The position numbers were made by a program, and so were the translations under genes. A model generated the notes under the pieces. That model was not told the DNA's origin. It saw only the letters and a program-made list of their open reading frames with translations, and did not search any database. A stretch of DNA of 63,330 bases, filler included, from Collodictyon triciliatum (taxonomy: Eukaryota): NCBI GenBank assembly GCA_043381765.1. It is 8 parts of 8 records of this genome, joined end to end, with 100 filler letters (N's around TTAATTAATTAA, not from the genome) between each part and the next. Parts side by side here need not be neighbours in the genome. Positions count along the whole stretch, not along the records: positions 34,002 to 42,389 come from JBHJMP010003445.1; positions 42,490 to 50,876 come from JBHJMP010003446.1; positions 50,977 to 59,280 come from JBHJMP010003447.1; 5 more parts are not named here. One strand, 5' to 3'. Within the stretch, counting starts at the first letter, position 1. Every line of letters starts with the position of its first letter. Below, one piece after another: positions 40,401-54,900 of the stretch.

Positions 40401-41140
40401 CCATTCCCCATGAGCAAACCATCCTTTGTCCCTAGGATGTACGAACCAAGATCGAAAAGGAGCGAACAGCCGAAGAAATCAAAAGACAGAGAATGGTCAA
40501 CACACATATTCATTCATCAGCCTATATCTGGGATGTATCTCCAAACCATGCATTCAAGCGGGCAATATCCCTTAAACGACATTATCATTTCATTCAATCT
40601 ACTTTATTCTTCTTCTTCTTCTTCTTCTTCTTCTTCTTCTTCGTCTTCTTTCATTGGTGCATACCTCCCTTTTTGCTCCTATCTTCACGTTGCTGCCCTG
40701 CCAACCGTCCCCACCGGACCGTCCATGTCCACAAACAACAGGCGCAGCCCCGCCCTTCGGTCGCAAAGTCCGTGTCAGAGGAGGACCTCAAGAGCCCCGG
40801 CCCCAGCCTCGGCCCCGGCCCCGGCAGGCAGCCCGGCTTCATGGGCCTCATATCCAACCGCGTGAACGTCGTCCGCAAAGGCTTCCGCATGACCCGCACC
40901 GACGCCACTCGCAAGACACCGCCAAAGGATAGCCGGATGGGGCTCGGCTCGTCTGTCCATCCGGTCCAGCAAGGCACCGTGCCTCCGCTTCTTGGGCGGG
41001 TCCCGTCAAACCCGAACGCCCAGGGCGGGCTTGTCGCAGGCCAAGGAAGACCCGTGTCAGGCCGCGCGGCCCCAATTGGAAGCGGCAACAGCGACGCCAT
41101 GTCGCAGCTTTCGTTCCTCAGGGCACGACCTCCACAATAA
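34130..41140 (+). CDS. Diaphanous-related formin (GBD/FH3, FH1, FH2, DAD-like tail), 5'-truncated at contig edge
   Basis: Polyproline FH1 at about 37285-37460. FH2 motifs PMKQ|IFWSKV, LLDNQRSQNI, ILAFGNYLNG..AYGFKLDCLSK|LKDTKS and YFGE..PEEFF; stop at 41140. Confidence 0.93.
40016..40142 (+). other. U12-type AT-AC intron in the formin FH2 domain
   Basis: 5' ATATCCAC; branch site TTCCTTGAC 40124-40132; 3' AC at 40141-40142. Removal gives DRFVTVLS|EFLTEAREK in frame. Confidence 0.85.
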
Positions 41141-41616
41141 GCGCAGGTGACCCAGGCTGAGTCCACTCCCCATTCTCTTTTTTTTTTTTTTTCCCCCTCT
41201 CTGTCGCATCTTTGTCATCTCTCCTCATCTTTCCCCCATTTTTCTTTCTTTCCTTTTTTTTTTTTTTTTTCCTTTTCTCCTTTTTTCTATGCTGATTGGG
41301 AGATGTGCCAGAATGATGTTTTTTTTTTTTTTTGTTGTTGTTCCGAGCACTTGTTCTTTGGGCATCCGGCGAATTGCGTGGCATGAATTGCGCACTTTCT
41401 GCCCGCTTTTGCCTGCTTTGTTGTGGGGTCCTACATGAACACAAGCATTTATCTCGATGGCCTCAAGTCACTGAAAGGCTGCAAGTCCGGGTGATTCTCG
41501 CTCGCTTCGCCCTGTTCTTCCTTGCCGGAAAATCGTGATAAACAGCTGAAGAAGAGTAAGGAGCGAGACTACACTTGCAAATGCATTTAGCTTGAGCTTG
41601 ATTCAAACCTTGAGTA

Positions 41617-41655
<39 letters not shown>

Positions 41656-42673
41656 GGACTCGTCCATGCGAGCGGCGGATAGAGCATGCACGGCTGAGGG
41701 CAGATGTAAGCAAGGGACTAGCAGGAGGAAATCAGTGCGCTCTCATGTTGCGTCTGGCTGTGGAGAAGAGCAGTAGCGCGTATCGACTGAGGCAGTCAAG
41801 AAAACTTTGTTTTTATTTTTTTATTTTTTTTTGTTTTTTTTTTGTTTTTATTTTTTTTATTTTTTTTATTTTTTTTTATTTTTTTGTTTTTATTTTTTGA
41901 CAAAGAAGGAAAAGAAAAAAGGGAATTTTTACTGTATGCTCGAACGGAGAGTGGGAAAGTCGCCTTTTATGGTTTAGAGTCTCTGCACAACCCAACGCCA
42001 CCTATGTGTTCCTTATAAGATCAAAATTTAAAACATTGTTGGCAAGAGCGTGATAGGCTGTGAAACAATCCGCAAAGTATTACTCCTGAGTCCTTCATTC
42101 CTTTCTTTTGTTCTCTCTTTTTTGTTTCTTTTTTGTTTCTTTTTTTGTTTCTTTTTTTGTTTCTTTTTTGTTTCTTTTTTTGTTTCTTTTTTTGTTTCTT
42201 TTTTTGTTTCTTTTTTGTTCTCTCTTTTTTGTTCTCTCTTTTTTGTTCTCTCTTTTTTGTTTCTTTTTTGTTTCTTTTTTGTTTCTTTTTTTGTTTCTTT
42301 TTTTGTTTCTTTTTTTTTGTTTCTTTTTTGTTTCTTTTTTTCTTTCTTTTTCACTTCTCACTCACTCACTCACTCACTCACTCACTCACNNNNNNNNNNN
42401 NNNNNNNNNNNNNNNNNNNNNNNNNNNNNNNNNTTAATTAATTAANNNNNNNNNNNNNNNNNNNNNNNNNNNNNNNNNNNNNNNNNNNNCACAAAAAAAC
42501 ACAAAAAAACACAAAAAAACACAAAAAACACAAAAAACACAAAAAAACACAAAAAAACACAAAAAACACAAAAAAAACACAAAAAAAAAACACACACACA
42601 AATATCTAAAGGGGTCACCATCCCCTTGGATATTTAATGAAGAGATTATACACACATATTAGCCGGAATGTAG

Positions 42674-45600
42674 GAATTTGAGGAAGATACAAGCACGATG
42701 GATGCCAAGGAGCGATTAGTTATGCAGCAAAAGCAACTTCGACAAAAACTTGGCCTGGATGTCCTAGGAGGTTTTATTTTTCCTTCCTTCATACTTTTTT
42801 TAAACATCACATAGAAAATATCTAAATACACAGTTGTAATTGCCTCGATTTATCGCACTCTGATACCATCTTACATTTTTCTGTTGCAAATTTTTTTTTT
42901 TAAAATAAAAAGAGGCAACCTCATTCATGGGCGATCTTGTCTGTGATGCCGATTTGATATCAGAGCATGAACTTAAATATAGGGATGAGTCAACTAGGCA
43001 TGATTCAAATTGTTGTTGTATCAAAACGTGTATAACAAACTATTTAATCATCCTATTATGTGTTATTATCTGATGTCCAACGATAATCAAATGTAGGAGA
43101 CCTGGTGACGAACCAAAAAGAAAACTATCAGATATGGTATACGAAATCGAAGGTGCTCAAGGAATCAGTCACCGGGAAAAAAATCGACTGAAGCGGAAAG
43201 CAAGACAGGAGTTAAAAGACAAAGAAGCGTATGATATATAATTACAGATGTCATGAGACAACAAATTAAGGCAGTATGGAGCTACAGTTTTTATGATAGC
43301 ATGTTTTTTTTTTTTAAATCGTGGCCAATTTACTTGAAAACTTGCCTTAGCCCTGATTATTTTAATTTTTCTTACTTTAAACCGTAGACGGCGTTATACC
43401 ACCCTGAAGGAGCAAATATCGCCCACCCCGGCTTCAGTTCCAGCATCAGTTATGCACACACCAATACCCAGGAACAATAGCAACTCAAACATTCATCAAC
43501 AAGGGGGAGATTTGGTCAGGAACCATTCCACCTCCAGTCTCTTCAATTGTATAGACACACCCGACTCAAAAGAGTTCTACCCGAACCCTCTTCAAATCAG
43601 ACCCATCAGCCAACAGCCCAACATGCAACGTGACAATTCGTATGACAATCTCATGGGATTGGCCCGTGTAAGTTCCTCCCACGACTTTGATGCCCTCCGC
43701 AGGAACCATTCAAGCTCCAGTCTTAGTGAAATAGAGTCTGAGCCCTTGTTTGGAGGTGGGTCAAGTCTTTATTGTCCTTGTGCTTTTGATTTTATTATCA
43801 TTGTAAATTGGAGATGTCCAAACCCGTAAATGATGAGGCCATTTCATTCACTTCATTTTCTTTGAATGATGTTGTAGATGAATCACTATCTTTGCAGTCG
43901 AAACGGATGAAAACAGTTATCACTGAGCAACCACAAACAGACAAGGTTCTTACCAATATACCGAAATAACGCTGACTGTCATATATGATATCATTATACA
44001 TCACTTTGAATCGAATAAAGGAAAAAAATTGATATCATTATACATGTACATAAAACTCAAAATACAATATCATAAAATAACAAAGTAGAAAAAAAAGCAT
44101 AATGTAATAAAGAAACATGAATCATTAGATTGTCCTGGAGCACATCCCACAGACAGACCCATCGTCTTTGGAGGAATCATACTTTGTGTGGCCGTTTGAA
44201 ACCATGTGTCAAGACTTACTGCATGATTTATTCCAGTTTGTTCTTAATTGAATAATAAAAATCTATGTTTCCTTTCAATTAATCATCGACGGAAATAAAT
44301 TGAATAACACACGAAGGAAGAAAAAGGGGAATAGTTCCTCAAGAAGAATATATTTCTAATCACGGGATATATATGCAGACCTAATTGGGAGATACGACAC
44401 GGCGCTGCCATTGGGTTAAGGGAAATTCTTAGCATACATGCCGTGGGAGCTGGAAAAATTGGTACGCAACCTACTTGGATAAACTATCACATATTATTGG
44501 GGGGTTTCCCCCTGCAGTCTGTCATTCATAAAAAGCCAAATCTAAATCTAAATCTAAATCTAAATCTGAATCTAAATCTAAATCTAAATCTAAATAAAAC
44601 AAAAGGGAATTATTTCCTCCCAGTTTGGTGATTTATTTGCTTATGAGCCACATTTATTACTTATAGCTGGAAACTTTAATAAAGAAACTTGGGCGCGTCA
44701 AAACGACCTCTGGCTGGAAGACTGTGCCATTCGATTGCTATGCATTTTCGCATTAGATCGCTTTGGTGATTATGTGTCTGACCAAGTAGTTAGCCCGGTC
44801 CGAGAAACCTGCGCAATGGCCCTTGCTTCGATTCTCAAGCATGTTAAACCACTTCTTGGTCACCAGATTCTCCTATGTCTATGGAGACTATATGCAAGCA
44901 AAATATGGGAGGTAAATATGCTTCTGTCATTATTCAATGAGGACTATCCATATTCCACAATTTCATAGATGATTATGCATACATAATCGAAATACGAGTT
45001 TTTTTACTATAAAAAAAACCTCAATCAATAAATGTCCAGGTGAGACATGGAGGTCTTCTTGGTCTAAAATATTTTGTTGCTATTCGGAGGGATATTGTAA
45101 ATGATAACTTGGAAGACATTCTCACACACATAACTAGAGGGTATATACTGTACATTCTTTCCTTATTTACTTACCCGTATTCATATACTTATATTGCTCA
45201 CAATAAAAAGGATCGGAGGGTGTACTATGTAATTCCGTTTGACATAAATGACTTTAGCAACAGTGAGACCGAACAAGCATAGTTGTATATTATACATACA
45301 TTCACTTATATATAACTCAAGATTACTGGATGGGGATGACGATGTCAGGGCAGTCTCGGCCGACACACTTCTACCGATTGTTGACGTGATTATTCAACGG
45401 TCGTTTGGGAGGCTCTCAACAATCATATCAATACTATGGGATGCCCTGACCGAGTTAGATGAATTGACAGCATCGACTGCGAGCATTATGTCATTGTTGT
45501 GTAAGTTTTTTTTTTCCGTTTTAGAATACAAATATTAACTTCAACAATGATAACATCTTTCTTGAAAGCTGTATAGCAATTAAGTAGCCAATACCGTTGA

Positions 45601-48600
45601 TATTATCTCAAAGGATGACTGCTTAATACGCATTATTCATATCGAATCAGCTGAGTTCTACTCGTATGGTGCACTTCCAAATGTAACAAGCTTGGTCATT
45701 TCTGAGATTGATCGCGACATGATATTGTACTCACAGGATGCAAGGTTAGTAGACCGTTCGTACTTTCGCTTTATGCACTCGCTTCCTCTCATATAAATGT
45801 TTATTTTTCCGCATTGCTCCTATAGTTATTAATGAATATAATCGGGTGACATTATATCTCGTTCACTTAACACAACAGATATTCTTTTGGACCAGGCAGT
45901 CAACCTCAATCTTACAACCTTCTTGTAAAATTTGTACCACGTCTATGGCCTTTCTTAAGACACACTATTACAATCGTCCGAGAGGCCGTTTTGAAAACGT
46001 TGAATAGGTTGCTCTCTGCTTCATCCGAAGAATTAATGAGTTGGCTACCACACATCTTAGCCCCGGCTATGCAGCATGTGTTCCAGAATATATTCTTGGA
46101 GACGAAGCCTGTGAGATATTTATACCTCATTTATCCCTTCCTATCCAGTTTACTTGACTCATTCACCCTTTTATATTACCTCTTTCTTTTAAAATAAAGA
46201 ATAATTGCAAAGGCTAATTCTACCTGTGACTTTTTTTTTTTTTTAAAAAAAAACACGAACTAAAGCATTTGGTTGAGATGACTCTCAATGTTTGGAATTT
46301 ACTTGTATCTGCATGTCCTACTCACATTCTCGTACATCAAGCACAACCATCATTGCACCTTTGGTTCCAGCTTTTCGTAACACCACCAGTAATATTAAAT
46401 TTGCAGCAACATATATTTCATTGCAACCGATATCTCCGCACAAAGGGCAGGAGACCAGGGTACGATTTCTCCTTAATAAACCATGATTTTTTTTTATCAG
46501 GGAACAACTATTGATGAAAAATTGATTCTTAAAGCACAATCATCTGAGCTCGGAGAAGGTTTTTCTCATTATACTTCCTTTTAAAATCTTGGAATGCTAA
46601 TAGTGATGATGAAGTCTCACACAAACACACACAAATGGTATACGCTATATTGCAGACTCTTTAAAGAGGAAGCGTGGACGCCCTAGAAAGGACAGTGTTA
46701 GCGATGATGTCGATGAGACAACGAAGGAAAGCACCTCTGTTGGACTCACAAAGGACGAAATTGAACGATCTATCTCGAATCGCATCGCCGGCGCCATGGC
46801 ACTAGGTACCCTGGGTAGATATTGGGACCCACAGGTTATATATCCTCCGAGAGAATACACATTTTATAGCTCTGTGGGATTAATCTCTTTTGATGTTTCA
46901 TCTGTTTTAATACTCACATGTCATGAACCCCTCTTCAACCAAGTGCCACATTTCCCAGAATTTAATTATACATCTCAATATAATTTAGTTATTGAGAAAT
47001 ATACACTTAATTATTAGGCTCTCAATATGTTCTTGCCGATAATATACAGTATGTTGCAATCCAATTGGCAGACACAGCGACAAGCAGCTGCTCTTCTGAT
47101 TTCAGAGTGGGCATCCGTGAAATTCGCGGTAGGATTCTACCATGTTACCGTATCGCCGGGGTGCATGACCCACACCATTTAAAAATCAAAATATCTGTTC
47201 TTTCGCAGATAATACCGCGGACAAGCCGTTTTGACTCTGAATAGAATCACTTTCGAGCAGCATTTTAATAGTATACGCTAATATCATATTAAAAAAAATT
47301 GACTCCGTAATAGGCAGCCGACCCGCTTGACTTTTCTCCTCACTTGCTTTCACAGCTCATCTCTATGTTGGAAGATGAGAGCAGGATTGCGATATACGGA
47401 GAAATTGAAAGATTTTTGAAGAGGATGAGACATGAATGTCAAGTCCTCCTATTATCCATGGAGTCTGCCATTACACCGGAAGTGATGGAGATGGTTTGTA
47501 TTAAAACTAGATTAGATATACATTTGATATTTTTTCTCCATTCCTGGCGTAGCGAATGTATTTTTCTTTAATTAGTAAGGAATCAAAGCGATTATGTAGT
47601 GTGTCTTTAAGCTATTGTTTAAATTCCAATGTGAATCAGATCGGGCCATTTGAATCCATGACATGTGCCGCAGCTTCGAAATTCGTATGCAGATTTTAAT
47701 AAATAGAATGGATACATATTTACACTTCATTGATTTCTGTACCTTCATGTGGGCGCATTTCACACATGTAGGCTGTAGAGTTATACCCTGCTCTAGTACA
47801 ACAACTTTCTCAGATACCATATCGCAAGCAACGGGTCAGTAGGCAAGAAGGAGACAATCCCGAGGAGATTCGAGATTCACGACGAAGACGCTTATTGGCC
47901 ACAATAGGGTACATCCAGTCATATGAAGGTGATTGCGCCTGAGCGTATCGATTGCGTTCGTATATAATTTTTGTACAAACAATTCAAATAAAAATTTAAA
48001 TAAAACTATTACAGATACCTTGGAGATAAGCACGCAAGCATCTATCGCTTCTGCCATTATTGCCCTAGGAAAGTTGCCTCAGAAACTTAACCCCATAATC
48101 AAATGCTTAATGGGGTCTATAAGGGTCGGTAATTATATCATTTTGTAGATCATATTTAACCATAATAAACATATCGTTTCGTCGGAAAAAAGACAAATGG
48201 AAAGTAATAGACTTGCCCTAATTTTTTTTAATTGATTGAGCAATATAAAGCCAACATCCCCACCATCCTGCACAAAATTGAAAGGAAGAATAAAAAAAAA
48301 TTGATTGAGCAATATGGCTTGTATATCAACTTTATGGAATGGTTAGAGTGGTGTCATACTTATCAACACTACTACCGTCATAGAAAGAGGAAAATTCTAA
48401 GCTACAACAGCGATCGGCTAAATCTTTGGCTGAATTGATTGCTATGTGTGCTGGTAGGCAGGTTTCACCAAATGACAAGGTTAGACACTGCAAATATGTT
48501 TTACAGGAATAAAACAAATATACATATAAACATGCATCACTATCACAAATTATCTGATATAAGAATGTTATCTGAATGATAAATACACATAAAATCTATC

Positions 48601-50675
48601 TACATGTTAAACAGATTATCAAAAATGTATGCACGTATGTTTCCTCCAATAAATCAATCACACCACAAGCTGCAACTGCGGAAAATCACATTGATGGGGC
48701 GAAGAAAGCGAGGAATTTGTATTCTTTATCGTTCTAATGACCATAATTATGATATTTTTTTGAAATATTAACTTACATTTCCAATAAATGCATAAATCAT
48801 CACGAGCACTGACTATGAAGCTCAACACAGGGCCACAGACGAAGAAGTAACCGCGCCGAAAGTGGACGGAGAAGAAGTATTAGAGGGAAGAATAGCAAGT
48901 CGTGGAGCAGCTTTTGTAATTGAATCTCTTTGTAATATCTTTGAGGAGAGAATCTTTATGTCTCTACCAAAATTATGGGAATATTCTACTTCGGCGATAT
49001 TCGCATATTCCAAAATACATGAAAGCCCAGGTACGCCGTGATAAATACTGATAGTTGATTTTTTCTTCTAATTTTGAAAATGCGTTCTGTAAGGTGCACT
49101 AGTATATGTAGAATATGGTATTATTTCTCATGAATCACATCTGCCAACTTTTCAATTTAACGATTATTTTTTAAAAATTTTTTCTACAAAGTCGCAGCTG
49201 ATCAAACTAGAGAATTCTTGGATATAAGTCAGAACATAATTGATCACATGCAAATCTTGCAATGCGTGGCCAGCAAAGTTAGCATGAGGCTAAGCGAGGA
49301 GGTTTAAACTGTTTTGTTTAAATATGTACAGTCTCCCTTGCCTCATAGTTTAGGGATAATTTAGCTTTGTGAGTAATACGCAATACACAACACTATTCCT
49401 ATTTCTGCATCTCTTTAGTTTTCAAAGCTTCTGCCGTGCCTTTTTGGCTATATACCGCATCCCAATTTTGCCGTTCAGACAATGACGGCTGCCTTGATAA
49501 GCACCATTACAAAAAGAAACACGCTTCTCTGCATGCAGCAAATCATCAGAGGAGTGCTTTTGATGATTGGTGACGCAAGCAGCATCCAGTCTAGACTTGG
49601 GTCGGCCATAGTATTGCACCAGATTATCCATGAGCTTGGCATATCTATTCTCCCCTACATCGTGTTTCTGATTGTTCCAATCCTCGGTCGCATGAGCGAT
49701 CAAAATTGGAAAATCCGAGAAACCGTGACTGGATGCTTCGCAACACTCATTAAGATTATGCCTCTGGAGCGTGGTACATCAGATCCTGAGGGAATGGACC
49801 CTAGCCTTGTAGAACAGAAGAACAAAGAACGCGATTTTCTTGACCAGTTATTGGACTCAAGGTGTGTTATTTAATATGCGGCGCTGTTTGTTACACCAAG
49901 GCCTTTGATGTGGAAAAGTTTGCTTTGAATTTCACTAATAGTACTCCATGATGACGTGCATATGTCTGCATAATCCATGCGTACCATATCTTTGTAGTAA
50001 ACTGCAGAACTACGTTCTTCCTATGAAAATAAATACCGAGCTTCGAAAATACCAACAGGATGGTATCAACTGGCTCGCATTCTTGCACAAATACAAATTA
50101 CACGGGATTCTATGTGATGGTTTGGGCTGATAGTTGCTTCTTTTTTTTTTTTTTTTGAGCCGAATAATAGTTGAAGATTTTATGAATTATAATAATACGC
50201 CATGTATTGCAATGTCATTCAATATGTAGTTTAAATTCATATTACATACTTTTTTTTATCTGAACAGATATGGGCCTTGGAAAGACACTTCAGTCTATGT
50301 GCATTATGATTGGTACAAACATCGAGAGAAAGATTGCATATGCCAGCAATCCGTCCCCAGACAATATACCACTGCCTTCATTAGTTGTATGCCCTCCAAC
50401 AATTGTAGCTCACTGGTAAAATAGACTGATTGTTAATTTCAATTACCTTTTATGTCTACTTATGACATGCTGGTTCAGAGGGACAGATACATAATAGCTA
50501 AATATCAACTTTTCATGAAGAAATGAAATCAGCTGAGAAACGAAACGAGCTGCCGCTTTTTTCTTTATTTTTATTTTTTAAATGATTTCATGCTAAATAG
50601 GTACCACGAGATCAAAAAATTTTCTGAAGAGACCAAGGTTATCCAATATAACGGACCTCCATCTGAAAGACAGGC
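42674..50675 (+). CDS. BTAF1: TBP-associated Swi2/Snf2 ATPase Mot1/BTAF1, truncated at both contig edges
   Basis: WEIRHGAAIGLREIL, ALDRFGDYVSDQVVSPVRETCA, RHGGLLGLKY, DDDVRAVSA, LIVPILGRMSDQ, LRKYQQDGINWLAFLHKYKLHGILCD|DMGLGKTLQ. Confidence 0.96.
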
Positions 50676-51145
50676 GTTTGTATTTATATCAACTGTAGAT
50701 GAAGTAACCAATCAATGAAAAACAAATGTTGTCCGTTTTTCTTTTCCAAAAATAAAAGAAAAAATAAAAGAAAAAAGAAAAATAAAAAGAAAAATAAAAA
50801 GAAAAATAAAAAGAAAAATAAAAAGAAAAATAAAAAGAAAAATAAAAAGAAAAATAAAAAGAAAAATAAAAAGAAANNNNNNNNNNNNNNNNNNNNNNNN
50901 NNNNNNNNNNNNNNNNNNNNTTAATTAATTAANNNNNNNNNNNNNNNNNNNNNNNNNNNNNNNNNNNNNNNNNNNNAGGAAATCCGAATAATAAGAATAA
51001 GCGAGTGTTTTACAGACACAAAATCGAGGAGTTTTTGTGGCACGCGTATCAGAGAATCAATGGTTTCGGGTGTGTGGCAGGGTGTGAACTCAACGCAGAC
51101 TGAAGAAAAAGAAAAAGGATGGGAGGGTTTCAGGCAAAACGTGAA

Positions 51146-51229
51146 TCCGCTCAACCGGAATCGAACCAGTGACCTTAGGATGACATGCAACGCTACAGTC
51201 CTCCGCTCTACCAACTGAGCTATGAGCGG
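51146..51229 (-). tRNA. tRNA-Tyr(GTA) with an 11-nt intron at the canonical 37/38 position
   Basis: CCGCTCA-TAGCTCAGTTGGTAGAGC-GGAGGACTGTAG[CGTTGCATGTC]ATCCTAAGGTC-ACTGGTTCGATTCCGGT-TGAGCGGA; 73+11 nt. Confidence 0.95.
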
Positions 51230-51938
51230 CTTCTTGCTGTTTTAGAAGAATGTAAGGTATCTAAATAAATGTTCACTCTTTTCAGAACAAGGTTCCCTGT
51301 GCTCCGTGTCCTCATAACACCTTACCTGCTGGTCGCGTGGGGTTCTTCGATCATTTCTTGTTCTTGACTCCTTATTACCGCCTCTAATACTGCCTGTCTA
51401 TTTTCTCTGGCCAAATTATGATGGGGCGGGTTAGTATAAAAATGTCTTGAATCTGAGGAGGCTAGAAGGAGGATGTCTTCTCTCGTCATGTTGGGTGGAG
51501 CAGATCCAACGAATCCACGTTATTACACCAAATTACAGCGGCCTGCTGCAAAGGGAGTTTTGGGAGAGGAGGGCCGTTTTCTATTTCTTGCCATGAAGGG
51601 AGACAGATGTCTGTGTAAGCATGCGAACCATTTGGCTGCTAAGAGGGAAAGACCCATGTGGTGGGGGCTGCTACGAAACCCTAATCTTTCCCGCGAGTGT
51701 GTTTTTTCTCTTGGATTTTTGTCTTGTTTGTTTTCTTTATCTTTTTCTTTTGTTCTTATCTCAGGATACTGTCGCTCGTTGACTTCTCTCAGGAATGTGT
51801 GTAGTCCTTTCTTTCTCTTTCTTTTTTTTTTTTTTTTTTTTTTTTNNNNNNNNNNNNNNNNNNNNNNNNNNNNNNNNNNNNNNNTTTTTTATTTATTGCT
51901 TTATTCTTTCTTTTTATCGTCTCCCCTTATTCTTCTGA

Positions 51939-54900
51939 TCAAAGGTCTGAAGGTGGCTGATTGCTGCACAACAACAACGGCTGGTGAGTGATGCGTAGGG
52001 TGGGAACTATTCCGTTTCTTGTCGCAAGAGCATACTTGATGGTAGTGGCGTCGGAGTAGACCAGAACGGGTAGCTCGCCTTTCACCGCAAACAGTGCTTG
52101 TTGTGTCCCGGATGCAGAACAGACAAATGACCTGGGGTCGGTGGTTCCTTTCTTCAACTCCCAGCAGTGTATGTTCTCTACATTGTCGAAACCATACAAA
52201 AACCCTCTCTGGTATGCAATTTTTGTGATTTTCAGCTTGGTGGGCACCTTGAACTCCTGGAAAATATCTAGAGGGTTTGATGAGGAGACCACGAGGACGG
52301 TTGGGTCCACAGAGCGATTGGAACACGCCATTGCAACAAGCCTGGTCTGGCCATCGCTAATGACGCACAGGTCGTCTATACTCTTGTTTGTTTCATAGAA
52401 AGGGCTTATCTTCATCTCCGACTCTTCTATGTGGAGTTTGTGGACTCCCTTGGACGATCCTTGTGTATTTGTTGTGGCAACCAGGGCTGTGTCTTCGGAT
52501 AAAGAAACAACAACGCTGATTCGACTGGTAAACTGGGATTTCGTTGTGACGGTGGCTCTGGTTTTCACATCGTAAAGCAAGACAGTTTTCCCCCACAGGA
52601 AAACTTTGTTTGAATTGGATTGGGCATCAAACCAAGACATCTCATTGATTCCGTCGATATCCTTGGGTAGTTCATCGCATGTGCTGCCGCCGTTTGTATC
52701 CACACAGTGAATTTTTCTATCTTTAGTCACCACTACAACAATACTATAAGGTGTACCTGGTCGTATGATGCACATAGCCATAGGAGAGTCAGATAGTTCG
52801 TATAACTCATGAACCTTTCCAGTCCACCTGGGCTCCGCTATCACATGGGTTGTACGTTCTCTTGCGTTTGAAGTAGCCTTTTTATAGCACACCATCAAAG
52901 GAACCTCCATACCTTGAAAGTCATAGTCACTTTTATGTTCTCCAAAAGTTAGACGAGGGTCGGGCATTCTACTGTTACTATGAATCTGAGCTTCAAGTTG
53001 TTGAATTTGTCCTTTTAGTTGATCGATAAGAGCTAATTGTTTTTGGCTTTCATGAGGATCTACATTGCGCGATTGAGGGACACTTTTTAAGTGAGGTATA
53101 GTGGTGTTGATTTCAGGTTGATTGTAATGACTAGCCGGGCTAGGTTGTTGATACAATTGTTGTGCAGCTGGTTGACCCCATGGCTGTGCAGTTGGTTGTC
53201 CCCATGGCTGTGCATTTGGTTGTCCATATTGTTCCAATTGTTGCGGAGCTGGCTGCCCCCATGGCTGTGCAGTTGGTTGTCCATATTGTTCCAATTGTTG
53301 CGGAGCTGGCTGCCCCCATGGCTGTGCAGTTGGTTGTCCCCATGGCTGTGCAGTTGGCTGCCCCCATGGCTGTGCATTTGGTTGTACCCATGGTTGTGCA
53401 GTTGGCTGCCCCCATGGCTGTGCATTTGGTTGTCCATATTGTTCCAATTGTTGCGGAGCTGGCTGTCCCCATGGCTGTGCAGTCGGTTGTACCCATGCTT
53501 GTGGCGCTGAGTTTCGGAATTGTTCCAATTGATGTGGGTCAGGCTGTCTGTATTGGTGCGCAACTGGGTTTGCATCTTGTGGTGTACTTGATGGTCCTTG
53601 TGGTAATTGCGAATGCCGTTGTATTTGTGATTTTGTTTGTTTATGTGATTTTGGCTCTAGCTTTTCATGTTTGTGTCTTTGGGTTGTCACGCCCTGTAGG
53701 AGTGTATCGATTTTCATATGCTGTGATAAAGTATTAGGTTTGTTGAGTTAATAGGTTTAAAGGTAGCTGAATAGATATGTTTTTGTCAACAATAGTCATG
53801 AAGCAGGTCGTATTTTCATGTATGAGATGAAAAATTCAACCTTAAATTGTTCCATTTTTCCTAGCTCTTCTCCAAACTGATATAATTTTGTTTTTTCATC
53901 TTCATCGTCCTCAAGGCTCTTCTGAAGGGACCAAATATGCTCAATCAACTCAGGAATTTTGCACCTTTCTTGGGGCTTCCCCTTGGCGCACCGTGTTATA
54001 ACACCTGCAAAATTATGAGGCAAAGCGACTTTATATAGATCAGTATATGCATGCGCACCCCCAGTTACCATCAGAGCTATGAGAAGGCCGATCGAGAATA
54101 CATCAGATACTTGTCCTCGGTACTCGCATGCCCTTGATTCAGGGGGGGAGTATGGTGGTGAGGCCACACAGTCAATTCCAAAGAAATCGTCGGTGGAGTT
54201 TTTAGTATCAGCTCCCCCAAAATCCCCCAACCTTACGGACATATCATGAAGAAAAATGTTTCGAGGACTTAAATCACGGTGCGCTATGGGCGAAGGCAAT
54301 GAATACAGGTATCGGACTGCTTCGGATATTTGAAGACTCCACTTGCATGCCAACAAGTGAGGTAGCCCTTGAGGTGCGAATTTACGAATGAAACTATCCA
54401 AATCACCTTGGTTACAGTAGTCCAGAACGATGAATATATTGTTCTCATGGATAGTGTATCCGTACATCGTGACGATGAATTTGTGGTTAAGTCGAGAGTG
54501 CAACCTGATTTCCTTGTTTAGCATAATAGCTTTCTCGTCTTCAGAATTTTCGAGTTGGTTGGGAGCTTTCTGGGCACTATTCAGGGTTTGTTTGATGACA
54601 ACAGAGGTTCCGACCCATTTGGCCAAAAATACTTCCCCAAATCCACCTTTGCCGACAGCTATATTTGAGTGCTCCAGCTCACTGAAGTTGATCTTGCGAA
54701 CTCCGTCTCGGGCAAAATGGGTGTCCATCGACGCTCTGCAACTCTGCTCATATACGTAATCCTTGTCTGTTGACTTTCCGCTCTTTTTCCTATCGCTGAA
54801 CCACTCCAGCATATCTTCATAGTCATTCTTTAGTGAAGATTTGTCAGATCGACTCCCCTGCATCTTCTCCAGGAGAGAAGAGTCTAATTGCAGCGTGATG

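Noticed and set aside
41430-42090. 3' exons of a minus-strand gene convergent with the formin
   Set aside because: Plausible splice sites but too short and unrecognisable to call.
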